A DNA stretch of 64,000 bases, taken from assembly GCA_963924565.1 (NCBI GenBank), contig OZ004609.1, positions 27,342,001 to 27,406,000 of the forward strand, read 5' to 3'. The DNA comes from Ascidiella aspersa. Lineage: Eukaryota. The first letter of the stretch is position 1, and every line of letters starts with the position of its first letter. Below are positions 49,088 to 62,794 of the stretch, piece after piece. Position numbers and translations under genes: made by a program. The notes under the pieces are model-generated. The model saw only the letters and a list, made by a program, of their open reading frames with translations, was not told where the DNA came from and made no database searches.

Positions 49088-49895
49088 TAGGGAGAAGGCG
49101 GGGCAAAACGTTAATCTTTAGGGATAAATGCTAATTTTCTTATAAATTTAAAAATTTAAAAAAAGTAGGCCGAATCACACAAGAAAACCAAAAAAGCACT
49201 GTATACGTAAGTATAGCACTGCATCAATATAAGAGTTTATGCTTATAAATAGGCCGTACATAACAGTCCAACTCATATGTATTAAAATCAACATCAATCG
49301 ACCTTTTTTTTTACAACAGTTCTTGTTAAAATTCCTGATTGGGTGACCTTCCTGCAAAAATGACCTAAACGTAAAATAGTGATATATTGGGTAATTTTAT
49401 ACCAGTTCCAAAATGTCTTACTAAAAGGCTAATTAAAAGACAAACAGTTAAGGTTTTAAGTTGAGTTACAGTAGTAATAACGGACTAAGTTGAGTTACAC
49501 TAGTAATAACGGACTACCTTGTGAGGGGCCCGTTTTGCCCCGTTCAAGGGTCCGTTTTGCCACAACACTTTGTATCGCATGAAACCCTAATTTTTTTTTA
49601 ATTTATAAACTTAAAAAGTCCAGCTGTCTCAGATTATTAAACAGGTCCTTAACCACAAATTATTTAGCAAAAAAGTAACTTCGCCTTTACGTAACAAACA
49701 CATAGTTTTACTGTGCTATCCCTATATCTAGCCCCCTAAAAACATTTTCTCCTCCCCCTGGTGGTTTGTGCAAAATCAACTCTGCCTAGTTTTTGGCCTC
49801 AAACGTTTTTCGGCCTTCACCGTTCAGTTAGAAAATATTGACTCTGGCAATTTTCGTTAACGAGAAAAGTGTATAGGCTCCGTTTCGCTTCCCTA
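49088..49895. mobile_element. Possible Tc1/mariner-pogo-like non-autonomous element containing a 29-bp tandem duplication
   Basis: TAGGG...GGGGCAAAACG at the left, CGTTTTGCCCC internally and CCGTTTCGCTTCCCTA at the right. TAAGTTGAGTTACA(G/C)TAGTAATAACGGAC occurs twice at 49457-49514. Confidence 0.4.
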
Positions 49896-50375
49896 ACTAT
49901 AATAGTCGTAAAACCTTGTAAATCGCAATGTCCTAAATCTGTGTATTATAGAGTGTTATTATTTTATAGATAGGCTACTATTTGTTTGAGGACCGTGACG
50001 TGACTTGTATGTATGTTTATTATGACAATGAATTGGATTGGGACCTTTCTTGGGTAGCTATAATGACTTTACTTGAACTTGACTTGCTGCTTGTTAAAAG
50101 TTGTTCTAGAAATTTTCAAAAGTCGTTTTACAAATTACTTCTTAGATTGTTTTAGGAATAACATAACTGTTGATTTGTTATATTTAGATCCAGAGAAAAC
50201 TGTATATCTACTAGCTTTATAAAATTACGTAACTACGTTAAATGATTCCGAATTTTTGTCGAGCATGATATACAAAAAATACGAGTTTGAGTAGCACACG
50301 TTTCCGAGATATAATAAAATGGTTTGACCTCTGTATTGATTACCTGGAAATCATATACGTCACCCTAACAGCGGA

Positions 50376-50844
50376 AATGCGCAAAAAATGTGCGCGAAAT
50401 TTAAGATGCCTTCAAAAATGTGCGCAGTTTTTTTAGAATGTGATCACATTTTAAGATAGGTAATGCGGGCACAATTTGATGAAGCTTCTTCTAACTGTTT
50501 TCCTCTTACTCTTCAACCTTTAACTCTAACTCTTCCCCACTAACTCTACTTTCCTACTTCTTGTTCTCCTAATCTTCTCCTCTCACTCTTGTCTTTTCAT
50601 TCTACTCATCTACCTTTTTCCATTAGGCCTACCTATTCTCTAATTATTCTCTTCTTACTCTTCTTCTCTAACTCTTCCCGCTTCCAACTCTTCCCCTCTA
50701 ACTTCTTCCTCTATCTAAATTCTAAACTCTTCTTTTAATTAATACTCAACTCCTCCTCCTCATTCCAAAATGAGGGCACATTCTGGAAAAAGTGCGTATT
50801 TGTTTTAAAGCATTTTTCAATGTGCGAACACTTTTGCGCACATT
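50376..50844. mobile_element. Foldback-type element: ~80-bp imperfect inverted arms around a pyrimidine-rich (ACTCTTC) tract
   Basis: Left arm AATGCGCAAAAAATGTGCGC...AGAATGTGATCACATTTT versus right arm AAAATGAGGGCACATTCT...GCGAACACTTTTGCGCACATT. Centre ~50490-50760 is strongly C/T-biased on the + strand. Confidence 0.6.
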
Positions 50845-52690
50845 GTGCAAAACAACGCCACGTCCCCTGTTGTGCTCACAGCCGAAAATAATTGTTATTG
50901 TTTTGTTGCAAAACCGCCCAACGGCTGTACTGCACAACCTCAATATGTTATTTTTCGACAGCCTCCGTCATATTCCCTGCTTCAGCACAACTTTTATTAA
51001 ATACCCAATTTAAAGTAAAAATTTTGATACTTCACTGTTGTTGACACGCAATCAGCGTACAGCAACTTCAATTTTCGTTAGTGAAAGTTATAGTAACGAT
51101 TTAACAGAAATAGAAAAATATACTTGATTGTCAATTTACCATTAGGGTGTTTGGACCACCTTAAAAAAACATCAATTAAAAAACTTAGCTATATTACAGA
51201 AAAGGTCAAATAAATTGTCATCAGTGCTACTTCCCTTGTGAAATCGATTACCAACCAAAAAGGATTAAAAAAATACACAACTAAAAAAACAGCAGGCAGA
51301 AATGCCGCCCTTTGCATCGCGCATTGAAGTAGCCCACTCGAATCGAGACAAGCGTTACTGGTGGCCCTTGTTTGACCCGCAGTATAGGGTAAAGACTGAC
51401 TCAACATTGAACAACTATTGAAAACAACACGCGATTGTCATTTGAACCTTCCCATGGGACATTCAAATTTCAAACAGACTACACCTAGAAACAAAGCATT
51501 CTTCCTACAATTTGGTTTGTCATATTGAAGTAAGAGATAACCTGAACGCATAAAGCCATTGTGACGCACAGCCAGCAGTAAGAAATGCCGACGTTTGTAG
51601 TTATAAGTGCGCATTTCATTTCCTCATTAAGTCCTACAACGTTAAGGTATATAAGCGTTAGCAGAAAAAAGGCCTAGCATCAAGAATATAATCAGTTTGG
51701 ATGCGCACAAGCTAAGCGCAGTAAATACTCCCAGGCAACTTTTTTATTTTGTTATTGTGCATCAGTTATTTTACCCATGTAGTTTAAGGTAGTTCAGCGG
51801 CAAGCAAATTCGAAAGATATTGTATTTATGCTAAAACCTTTTGCAGGAATCTTTTTTAAACTGATGTTATAAACAGTACCCGACCACATTTTTTAGGATC
51901 CAACAAATACTATACAGCTGTAGAAAGAAGCGTAGGCCAAGGCAGACTGCTACCCACGCATCGTACTGAACAATTTCGAGATGTTAAGTTAAGCAATAGC
52001 AGTTAGCTTTTTACGAGATTCATTGGCATAAACTTTAGTAATAGTTTCAAATGAGCCACCATTGCGTTTAAATGAAATTTTGCTCACAGGTAAAATCATA
52101 CTATTTTTTTGGCTGTTTTAAGGCCTAGCATTTTACATAACGATATGCCATATATATTTTTGAGACAAAAGTTATCATTTTTAGGTAGCGTTTTTCTGAA
52201 CTTTGCAATGTAAAGATACAGCAAGTATAACGAAGTTAAATTCACAAGAAATGATTCCAGCTTAGGGTAAGCAACTTGTTTAACTTGCAAAATTGAAAGC
52301 AACTCATCGAAATGCGCCACGCTTACAACATTAACGAGTTTGCCAAGCAAGTCGCCTATACTTGAACAGCATTTTGTCCGCCACCTGAGCATTTGATTAG
52401 GTTACCCGGTCTCAGGATATGGAGATTTTTTAGTGAGTATATTTCTAGGAATTTAATATATATATTTTTTTAATTCTAGGAATTTAATGTATCGTTTTGT
52501 TATTGTGAATTTGATTTATATTTAGTGTCAACTGGCGGTATATAGTTTTTGTGCAGCACTCTGTTTGATGGTACGACGAAAACATCGTTAAAAACTTTGT
52601 ATACTATTTTTGTTTTTAGAAAAGTTTGATGTATAACTCCAATTAAAACATCCGGTTGACTATTAGGGTGTAACTATACATCATTAGCAA

Positions 52691-55600
52691 ATGTGTGGCC
52701 AAGTTGTGGCAGGCGAAAGCACTATAAGCACTCACAATGGCTGGGTGACGAAAGAAATATCCATGACAGGGAAGACTGCTATAGTTACGGGCTGTAATTC
52801 AGGCATCGGTTATGAGACCGCCCTGGATTTTGCTCGACGAGGTGCAAGAGTGATTCTGGCCTGCAGATCTGAAACGAGAGCGGAAGATGCCAAAAGAACG
52901 GTTAGAAAACAACTGTGCACTGTTAATTCTTGAGTTTCTGCTGAAAATATGTATAAACAGTTTTCAGTTTAAGCTGTACTCAGCAGTTTGAGCCTTCACA
53001 GATAAACGGCGGACGAGATATCATTAAGCACTTCCGGTGCACGACATGACTCGCTATACGTCATGAATTTATTTTATAATTGCCAAGCTGATAAAAACAT
53101 TGTAAACGTGTTTGCTTGGCGTGTTTCATCTCGGCCACTTGTCTGAATCTTTTTAAATGAGCCAAAGGGCACTTTAGTTTTTTTTTTTTTTTGAAATGCC
53201 TGCACTTCACTACGAAGGAAATTTATTTTTTTGCGTGGTATATTCTTAATGGCTGGTCTCTAAAGATTTTTACCACAATCATTTTAGTCTGTTTCAACTT
53301 ATTTGGTAAAACTAAGCGATTTACTGTACTTAAACAAACAAACAAACAAAAACTCACACCACTAGCAGACTTGAAACCGCGAAATCATCGAAATAAATTT
53401 GACGAGAGCAAGTTCATTTTACTAGCACTGTGACAATTTTTCCGTACATTATTGTTTATTTCGTAACAAATGAATTTTACATTGCTTTTGTGTCTTTACT
53501 GGCTGCAACTACACTTACTGTAGTCTTTCTTATTTTATCTACTGGCATGCTTACACGCGCTTGTTGACCCAAAAAGGTATTTGAGCCAGGGAGTCGAACC
53601 GTTTGACTTTTCCGGTTCAGGTTCGGTTCGGGTTCAAGGATTTTTTCGGAATCCGGTTCAGTTCCGGTTTCGGTCCGGAGGAATTTAAAAGTTCCGGTTC
53701 AGCTCCGGTTCGACCATCGCTATTTCAAAACCGGTTCATAAAGTTCCGGTTCAGATACAATATAATTTGCGTTAAATCTCAAAATGTGGGTCGATAAATG
53801 TAGAGAATAATGTTTGAATTGTAAGTCATTTAATCTAAGTTACGTGACGTATTAAAAAAACAGCAACTTATTATTGAAATATCTAAAAAAAATAGAAAAT
53901 CAACGATTTTTTTATTTAATATTCATATATTTTTCATAAAATTTCGAATATGGCGTAACTTGACTCTGTAAAATAGAAGTTGTGACGTCATACAGGAGCG
54001 AACCGCTTTTATTTACAGGTTCGGGTTCGGTTAAGGTTCAGCTACTTTCAAATTATTAGTTTCAGTTCCGGTTCGGCTCCCTAAAATCTTATAAAAACCG
54101 GTTCAGGTTCGGTTACGGTTCGGATAAAATTGACCCAAAACCGATTCATAAAGTTCCGGTTCGGTTACGGTTCGACTCCCTGATTTTAGCTGCATACTTG
54201 TATGGAAAAATATAGTAAAGTTATGCCTCTCAACTAAAAAAAAACGTGTTTTGTCTTTCGATTTCATTATTTTTAAGTGGTACGTCATACATGTAGATAA
54301 GTCGAAAATTACGCTGCCTAAAAGTTTGCGAACCCCTGCCTTGGCGGGTGATTCTATGTTAGGCAAAATCGTACTAATAACCAATACCACTTTTAGATTA
54401 TAGATGCAACTGGGTGCGAAGAGGAAGGGCTGTTAGTGCGCTGCTTGGATCTCTCGTCTTTCGCGAGTGTTACAGAGTTTGCGAGGCAAGTAACCGATAC
54501 GGAGGAAAGGTTGGACGTCCTGGTGAACAACGCAGGTTACAAAATGTGCATAATGTTGGGATATATGCCAGTGCCTGGACTTGTGCGTTTGTTTGTGGGT
54601 AAATTTACGTTTAGAGCCTGTGCATTCACCTGTGTAAACCACTTTAGAAGGGTTGTTCCGGGTACCTATATTTCCCTCTCAGGCTGTTTTTAAAACAAGG
54701 AAGTGAAATCAAGATATAACCGCGTCGGTCTAAGGTTTATAATAATACTTTGCTAGTTGGTAAACACTATTGCGCTCTGTTATAGCAAAACAAATGTCAA
54801 TACAAGTAGGCTAAATTCACAACTGCTGCAAATCAACAAAGGATGTGGAGTAGCAGTCGTACTCTGAACTCGAGACTCAATTAGGGCGGTTTATTTAAAA
54901 TGTGATTCTCGTTGAACTGTGATATATCACAACTGCTACCATTCAACGATCAACGAAGGATGTAGAGTCGCAGCCTTACTCTAAACTCGAGACTTAATTA
55001 GCAATTAGGTCGGTTTATTAGCTTGAATTGCTTTCCGGTGTTATTTTCTCGGTTGAGTCGGACTCCAGTTGCTTTAAACGGCCTTCACGGCCCTAGATTT
55101 AAGCATTAAAATGAATTTAATACGCCTCCATTGAAGCGACGCTCCTTAAAATCACCCATTCACCAAACATTTTCTAACAGATATTAAATTTCAGGTGTGA
55201 TGATGTGCGCCCAGTCGGACACAGAAGACGGATTTGAAACGCATTTGCAAGTCAATCATCTCGCGCCCTTTCTCCTCACTAATCTGCTCTTAGGTTTACT
55301 AAAGGTCAGTTGTAAAATAATATATATGAGCGGTAATGGTGCGATAATGGTTTTTATTGTTGAAATTATAATGGGAAAGTAGTCCACATATATTATGTTT
55401 AAAAGGATAATAACTAGAAAATTTACTATAATTTGCAATTCGTTAGCGGTGTTTAAGGATTATTTGTTAGCATTGTTTAGTTTACTAGATCAATACAATG
55501 GTTTTAACACAACGGATCCTCTGCAACACTTAATTTTTGTCGTGGGAAAATCATTGGTGCTTTTTTTACAGAATACAAAGGGTTTATTAGGCGTTTTTCC

Positions 55601-58600
55601 GGTATAGAGAAAACAATATTAGGTTCTATATAAAGAAGTAAAATATCCTTAGAATTTTATCCTGGTGATGGTGGCCTGTGAAACCTCGCGAAAGCCAAAC
55701 GGTTATATGCTAACGGTAATAGAGGACTAGATTCAAGAATAACTGTTTAAAGTAAAACATTTTTCGCAATAATTTAAGTTAGCGAACTAATCGTATGCGA
55801 CCGTAGCTTACGACAAAATTCCATTTCATTCCAATTAATTGTTTTAATTAGGTGTTTAAGGCGCAGTCTAACCTTTTGTCGTTGGTACCGTGTTTGGAAT
55901 ATTGTTCACAATGCAGCTGCTTTCAGGTTGCATTTGGTTAAAAACAGAAACAAAAACAGTTTTCTTTCTCTTTTCAAAGTTTTACGATTCACGCGCGTTA
56001 CCTGGTTGTCGCGCAATGACCCGACGGATAAAATTAGGATCGGTAACATTGCTAACAACACCACACCATACTGGGCCGTTAAACAACAGATCTTGTTGAT
56101 CAACATAAAATAGAAGAAGCTGCTGGAAGGAGAACAATTGTCTCTATCTAATTAATTTAACGTATTGTCTAAAATAGCCTTAACCTATTTTATGTAGATG
56201 CCTTAAGGCAGGGGTGGCCAACCAATCAGATGCCAAGAGCCGCATTTGTTATTTAGTTAACCGCTAAGAGCCACACCTTACTTACACAACTGGAACGAAA
56301 TGAATGGGCCTAACACTCCATTTCTTATTCACTCCACAAAGCAATCGCGCAAAGCGCTTAAAAAGTGCCATTATTTCGTTAAATAGATAAAAATTTCAAT
56401 TTAGAAGAAGGAGACGCGACGCATTGATTGAAAAAATACACATTTCTCGATGTAATATCGTACATCAATATATTTTGGGCATATATTTTTTTATCTCGTT
56501 TCAAATACAATGGCAAACAGTCTGAGTCGAAACCGACAATAACCCATAACTTAACCAAAGGAAATGGCAACCAAATCGCAAGTGCAACATAAACGTAAGA
56601 GCCGCATATAACTAGGTGAACAGCCGCATGAGCCGAGTGTTGGTCACCCCTGCCTTAAGGGCTACCAAATGCATTCGCTTGTTAGCTTTTTGTTTCCACG
56701 CAGGCTTATGGCTTCCACACGTCTGTGGCAATCGTTTTCCCTGGAGAACTGTTATGTTATCAGCGCGTCTATAGCCCACTTCCTTCGTCATATCACACGC
56801 ATAGGCTGCCTAGAAATTGGTTGCCAATGTGTGAAAGTCGCGTTGCTAATATATAATAATGTTTTTTTCAAATAAAATCTTCAACTTAAATGATTTTTTA
56901 TTCATTCGTTGGTCATATTTTTATCGAGCCGCGCATTTAATAAAACTTTATGTAGGCAGCCTGACAAAAGTTCATTTCAATAAATTATTTTCGGGGTTCA
57001 TAAGGCTTCTGGGTAACTTTAAACATCCGATTAGGGCCTACAATTTTAAACCCGAGAAACTCCTTACATCCGATGCTCTATAAGTTTGGGAAACATGCAG
57101 AAAAAAGCGTCAGATATCGGCGTGCCTTCAGTTTACAGAAAAACTCGTTGGAAAGGTGGCAAATCGGAACAAAAATCAACTAATGATGTATCGATTAGGA
57201 GGTTATATAACGGTCATGTTCAAATGGCGGATCGCGATCCGGATCCGGATCTTTCAGCGTTTTGTGCGGATCTTCTAATGTAGTCTTAAAAAAATAAACT
57301 TTCTACAGTGTTTTCATGTGAATACCAATTGTCAGTGTTAATAAATTTGTAAAAAATCAAGCATAGAACGAGACTCCCAAATGCTAATCTTTGTGAGTGT
57401 TTGAGGATATCAGTCAGCGACAGAAAGCCCCAATTCGATGCTATTGTAAGACCTGACCTAATGTCTAAAAACAGGGATCGGTAACCCACGGCCCGCTGGC
57501 CGGATACGCCACGCCAATGTAATTCATTCGGCCCGCCGCCTCTTTGACAAACTAGATACGAGTCCATTTCAAATGCTTTTTGACTATTTTAACTCGTAAG
57601 TGCGAAACCTTTTCCCGCTTCGCGCGAATCATCTTTCTACGTCCGGCTTGTTTACGTTTTTAGATGCGGTCTTTTGAACTAGATCAGCGCTTTGTTACCG
57701 TTAACGGAAAACGCGTTAAAAAATGTTGGACATATATTTTTTAACATTTTGTTTTTTCGGCAATGTAATAAAAACTTGCAAGAAATTTAAAAGAAATGCC
57801 GGTATACCTAAAAAATCGCGCTCGTTTCGCTCGCCACGTGCGCCCTGACTTACACACGTTAAACAAACACTAAACAAGATTAACTATTAAACTTAACGCG
57901 TTTACATAAATCAAGCACCACAAAAATTAAAGCGTGTCCAATATGTTTACTATTCGTATTTGGTGGATCATCATGTTGTCAGGTTTGGCTGTGGTGGATC
58001 ATGGAACAAATCATTTGAACACCCCTGTTATATATGTTTGTCAAAAGGCCGACCCCGAAATCATCCAGTATACGCAGTGTGAAAAACGAACAACTGCACT
58101 GGCCAACATATAAGACTTCCACTTGTACGTGTAGAGTAGATCGATATTTTATTTTCACGTTTGTAAAGGTTTGAAAGGAAAACGCAACGAAACGTAGAAC
58201 TTAACGTGTAGGGTGACGAAAGACCTGAAGGTTACAATGTCAGCCACCCTTTAAAACACGATAGACTGTATAATATATACTGCGAAAAAAACAAATCAAA
58301 ACACAACAATTATAACAATGGTAGAGATCGACCGATATCAATTTTTTGACCGATATCGACACCTTATTGTTTACAATTTTGTCAACCGATAACCGATAGC
58401 GATACCGATTTGTTTATATAACTGGGAAATGTTCAAAACTCGAAAAATTAAAAATAAAATCCAACATTTTATAATGCATTTCAACAACAACATTTTATAA
58501 ACATTTCAATGACATTTTAGTTTATATACCTTTATTAATCAATTATAAACTATTATTTTGCATATTAACTTGGCATGATCCTAAAGCCCAATTTTTTTTA

Positions 58601-61048
58601 TCAAAAAATGGGTAAATTGTTTGTTGTACAAAAAAAACAAAATTATATTTTCGAACTAAAATATCGTAACAGCTACAAAAGCGTCCACTTTTACAAATTG
58701 TAGCGCAGCGCACCGAGCCGCATCGTGGTGCTGTCGTCTGTTCTGCACTGGGGCGTTGGCGACGTGTGCTGGGACGACATCAACCTGCGGCGAGACTTCG
58801 ACCAGACGAGTGCCTACTACCAGAGCAAGCTCATGAATATTTTATTCACGCGACAGCTGGCGGAAGTGTTGCGAGGTGGGATGCGCTTGCTTCGCGATGA
58901 CATTTTGAGAATCTTTTAACTCTTAGACTACTATTTTTCTTGGTAATGCGTTATCAGTTATTCAAGTCGTTTTTAATTCTTGTATGATTATTGGTTAATT
59001 ATTTCCTTGTTTATTCTTATTTAACCTGACAAGGTTTATACATTCGTTAGGCGAGCACAGCATTTAACTTTGGGGCGCTAAATAAACTGAATTTTTATGT
59101 GGCCCGGGTTTAGCAACGCGATATGTTAAAACCTTTTAATTACCAAACCTTGTATTTCATTCTGATACCCGATATTTGGGGCAACCAAAATGACGTTATT
59201 ATAATGGTCACACCAGCCCAAACTGGTCAAATTGTGAGGTTTTCCGCATTGTTAGGCAACAAATTGGGAAAACATTGCTTTAGTAAACAACTTAGTTACA
59301 ATTATAGTTATTATGCAATTTAAAAAAATGTGAAAAACAATTGTTTAGATCAGTGGTTCTCAACCTTTATGTACCGGTGACCCCTTTATGATGATTTCAA
59401 ATGGTCGCGGACCCCTAACATATTTCTTGTGTCATATCTGCGTTTAATTCTTTTTAGTAAATCAGTGTGTCTGGCTAGTGCACCTTGTGTTGAGTAAAGT
59501 AACACACAACACAACACCAATTTATTTTGTGACACGTTTAAGTGATTTCTACTGCTGAATCGCCGAAGCAAGTCTTAAAATGTTGGCTGTGTTTTTGACA
59601 ATGCTAGACGTCATCTTTTACAATGATAGCATAAACCAAAGTCCAGTAGGCCTACATATGAACTGTTAATTTTACCTTCCATTTTACAATCTATTGTGTT
59701 ACATCACAATGGAAGTATTCTGTCACACTCGATGTGATTTACAGCATATTTCACTGTGATTTTATCCCTTACCAAGATTGTGATTAGGCATGTTATCAAG
59801 CGTTAGTTATTTCCTAGCGTTAATTAATTTAATAATGGTATATTTATAAGTTTTCGTGGACCCTCTGAAAACGTTTTGCGGACCCCCGGTTGAGAACCAC
59901 TGGTTTAGATCGTAAATCATAGCTAAAATGTTCAAATTAATTTGGTATCGGATGGCCATCGATACCACTCTAGTATCGGACAAGTACCGATACTACCACA
60001 TAATATCGGGTTTCGGCGCCGATTCAATATTATCGTACATCCCTAACCAGAATACCGGAAGACTATACACGTCAAGCCAAATAATTCTTGATTTCTTGGC
60101 AAGCAATTTCTTGATTTTCTTGACAACTAAAGGAATTTCTTGATTTTTTTGACAACTAAAGCAAGTTTTCCATTGCAAATGCACATTTTCTCGAGTCCAG
60201 AGATATAAAGCTACAAAAGCAAAAAACACAGTCACCAAATTTTTGTACTTATACACTCACTGCAAACCAACTTCATCTTTACAATAGGAAAAAAAAAACA
60301 CCAAAAACAAGTTCAGTAGTCGATTTAGTGCAGAAAATTGTTTACTAGTGACGCTCTTGAACTTTCGTTTACTCTTATACACCCCTTTTGGTTGGTTCAC
60401 CCCTGCAAAAATTGTACTCACCTGATTAAGAAACACTGGCTTAAAACACTCAATAAATTTGGGTTTTTGGCGTCACAGGAAGCGGCGTGACAGTTTTCAG
60501 CGTGCACCCAGGAATAGTGAAGACCAACCTGACGCGACATATCGAATCACCCACTGGTAACCTGCTGTGGAAGTTCATCGTTCTCTTTTCTGACTTGCCT
60601 CTCGTTCGCCGACTGACCTGGTGGGACAGTACTCGCGGGGCGCAGACCAGCATTTATTGTTCGATTGCGCCCGAGGTCGAAGATCAGTCGGGAGAGTACT
60701 TCAGGTAAGCGGCTGTAGTATAAAACTTAAAAAAAAATATGCTGGTACATGTGTATGGTTTTGTAATGGACAACAAAATCACAATGCACGATGAAGTATT
60801 AAACGGACCAGATTGATTTAGGTCTTTATTTGAGTCGATGGAAAATACGTGAGCTTGTGTATACTTGAGCACAATAATTTGTATTTTTGTCTTCATTCTG
60901 TAACCGTATCTTTTTATCTAATTTCAGCAATTGCAAAGTGAGCCGACCAAGCAGGGCTGCGCAAAGTGACAAATCTGCTCAACGCCTGTGGGAAATCAGC
61001 GAAGAATTGACCAAACTAGACGAACGACTGCGTTCGATAAATAGCTAA
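52691..61048 (+). CDS. Retinol dehydrogenase 11/12/13/14-like short-chain dehydrogenase/reductase, 6 exons, ~325 aa
   Basis: Exons 52691-52900, 54397-54535, 55195-55304, 58704-58875, 60479-60704, 60928-61048. Motifs: [18 protein letters not shown] (TGxxxGxG), [45 protein letters not shown], catalytic [32 protein letters not shown]. Confidence 0.92.
53587..54182. mobile_element. hAT-like MITE with GGTTC subterminal repeats (long copy, RDH intron 1)
   Basis: TIRs CAGGGAGTCGAACCG / CGGTTCGACTCCCTG; flanks ATTTGAGC / ATTTTAGC (7/8). Confidence 0.88.
56209..56652. mobile_element. hAT MITE (RDH intron 3)
   Basis: TIRs CAGGGGTGGCCAAC / GTTGGTCACCCCTG; perfect TSD CCTTAAGG; GAGCCGCA subterminal repeats. 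Confidence 0.9.
59351..59902. mobile_element. hAT (Charlie-like) MITE (RDH intron 4)
   Basis: TIRs CAGTGGTTCTCAACC / GGTTGAGAACCACTG; perfect TSD GTTTAGAT; GGACCCC subterminal repeats. Confidence 0.92.
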
Positions 61049-62220
61049 CGTTTCTGTTTACCCAAAAACTTAAAAAACTCTGACGACTCTAACGTACTTT
61101 AAAACTAGGGCTACCATATGTCCTTTTTTCAAAACAAATTCTCCGGGGACACTGAAAAATTACGAAATGTCTTTCTTTTAACATTTCACCTTTCGTGTCT
61201 ATCATTTTACCAGAATTATATTTTTATGTAACTTTTTGGTATGGCACTCAAATTCATTTGAATGGAATGTTTTTAATTTGGCGACAGAATGAGTTCCATT
61301 CATTTTGTTCTGATTAAAGTTTTGCTATCAAAAATTATTCAAACGACATAATTTATGATGTACAATTGCCAAATAACTCTTCCTCGTTTTTGCTAAAATT
61401 GTTTATAAAAATTGTCCTCTTTTTTGCCATGAAAATATTATGTTAGGCCAAGGATAAACCAACAAAGTGCATATTTCCAAACCCATGATCGACATCTTGC
61501 GGTAATGGGATATCTTTGGCAAACTACGTCAGCAAAACGGTGGGTGTTTAACCTTATATTCTCGCGACCCCGTTTTCAGCATTCGAAAACTTAGGCGACC
61601 ATAGGTGTAGCCAGGGATGGGGCGCACAGGGGCCATGGTTCCCACCAAAAATTTATAAATATCGTACTCCTAATAATTTGTTTTGCAGCATTTTTGCACC
61701 AAAAAATACGCACTATTTATCAAAATTAAGGTTTAAGCATAGAGCACTATGGCTTAAGCCTCCATTTGCGTTATTACGACTCTATGTTGCCACAATAAAC
61801 AAAAATGTATTATGCGCTAATGACGTAAAAATGAGTTAAGTAAACCAGCAAGAAATAAGTGGCTCAAATGTAGATACATTTATGTTTATGTATGCACTTA
61901 TACCGCGAGGAACAGGTTGAGAACGACTGGTGTAAAAGAAGGGCGTGTTTTTGAGTTCCATAAACTGTAAAGCTTTCTAAATCTCGTCCAAATACAAACT
62001 GGTTTTCCCTTAACGCTGGCAATAGCAAATCAAAAAATACCCAATGGCGAAAAGTGATTTTATTTATGCCTGGAGCAAATAACAATGTTTTGGAAATTAT
62101 CAAAAGCGGAGAAAATAGACAGGCAACTTGTCAGTCACGATACGAAATATTTATCGTTACATAAATTTATAAATCGGGGGCGTTAAACCTGCGGCCTTCC
62201 AACCGCCAAAGCCTCATAAG

Positions 62221-62794
62221 CAATGCTCCCTCTAAGGTGCGTAAAATTTGCTTTTGCGCACTTACATCGTTCTCAAATTAAAACTCAAATATGTTTACTA
62301 TTTTGTCACAACAGTTTGAGCATTTCGCATTGGTCATTTTTTCGTTGATGTTTATAGCTAAAAGCAAATAAACAAATCAAATCCGCATTGACGATTGTGA
62401 CATAATAAATTACTTTGTCTAATCGGCTGTGTATATTTTTTTATCTCACGTAGAATTAAATGTCTACTCAGAAAATTAAAGAAAAAATAAGTTTAGAACA
62501 GTGCCGAACACAGCAGTGGAGTGTTTGACAATAATTGGGATCATGAAACCGAAGTGCATCTTTTAGGACGAAAATTGTTGACATTACCTTTGCGCATTTA
62601 TAACTTCATTGCAGTGGCACGTGCAAGTTTGTTGAAAATATTTGTTTCATGACGTCATCTTTAGAATTTTCACGCCTCGCCCCAATACAAAAAACAATGA
62701 TTTGGCGCGTGCCCCTGCAAGCGCAGCAGGAAAATATTCTTGCGCACTACAAAAAATATTTGCGCAGGAGAAAATTTTCTTAGAGGGCACACTG
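62221..62794. mobile_element. hAT-like MITE, apparently nested in another element
   Basis: TIRs CAATGCTCCCTCTAAG / CTTAGAGGGCACACTG; perfect TSD CTCATAAG at 62213-62220 and 62795-62802. Confidence 0.85.

Noticed and set aside
58322-60045. One large CCGATA-repeat transposon capturing RDH exon 4
   Set aside because: The left (TAGAGATCGACCGATA) and right (TATCGTACATCCCTA) ends match imperfectly, the flanks show no TSD, and the exon is a normal part of the gene. These are more likely two independent fragments.
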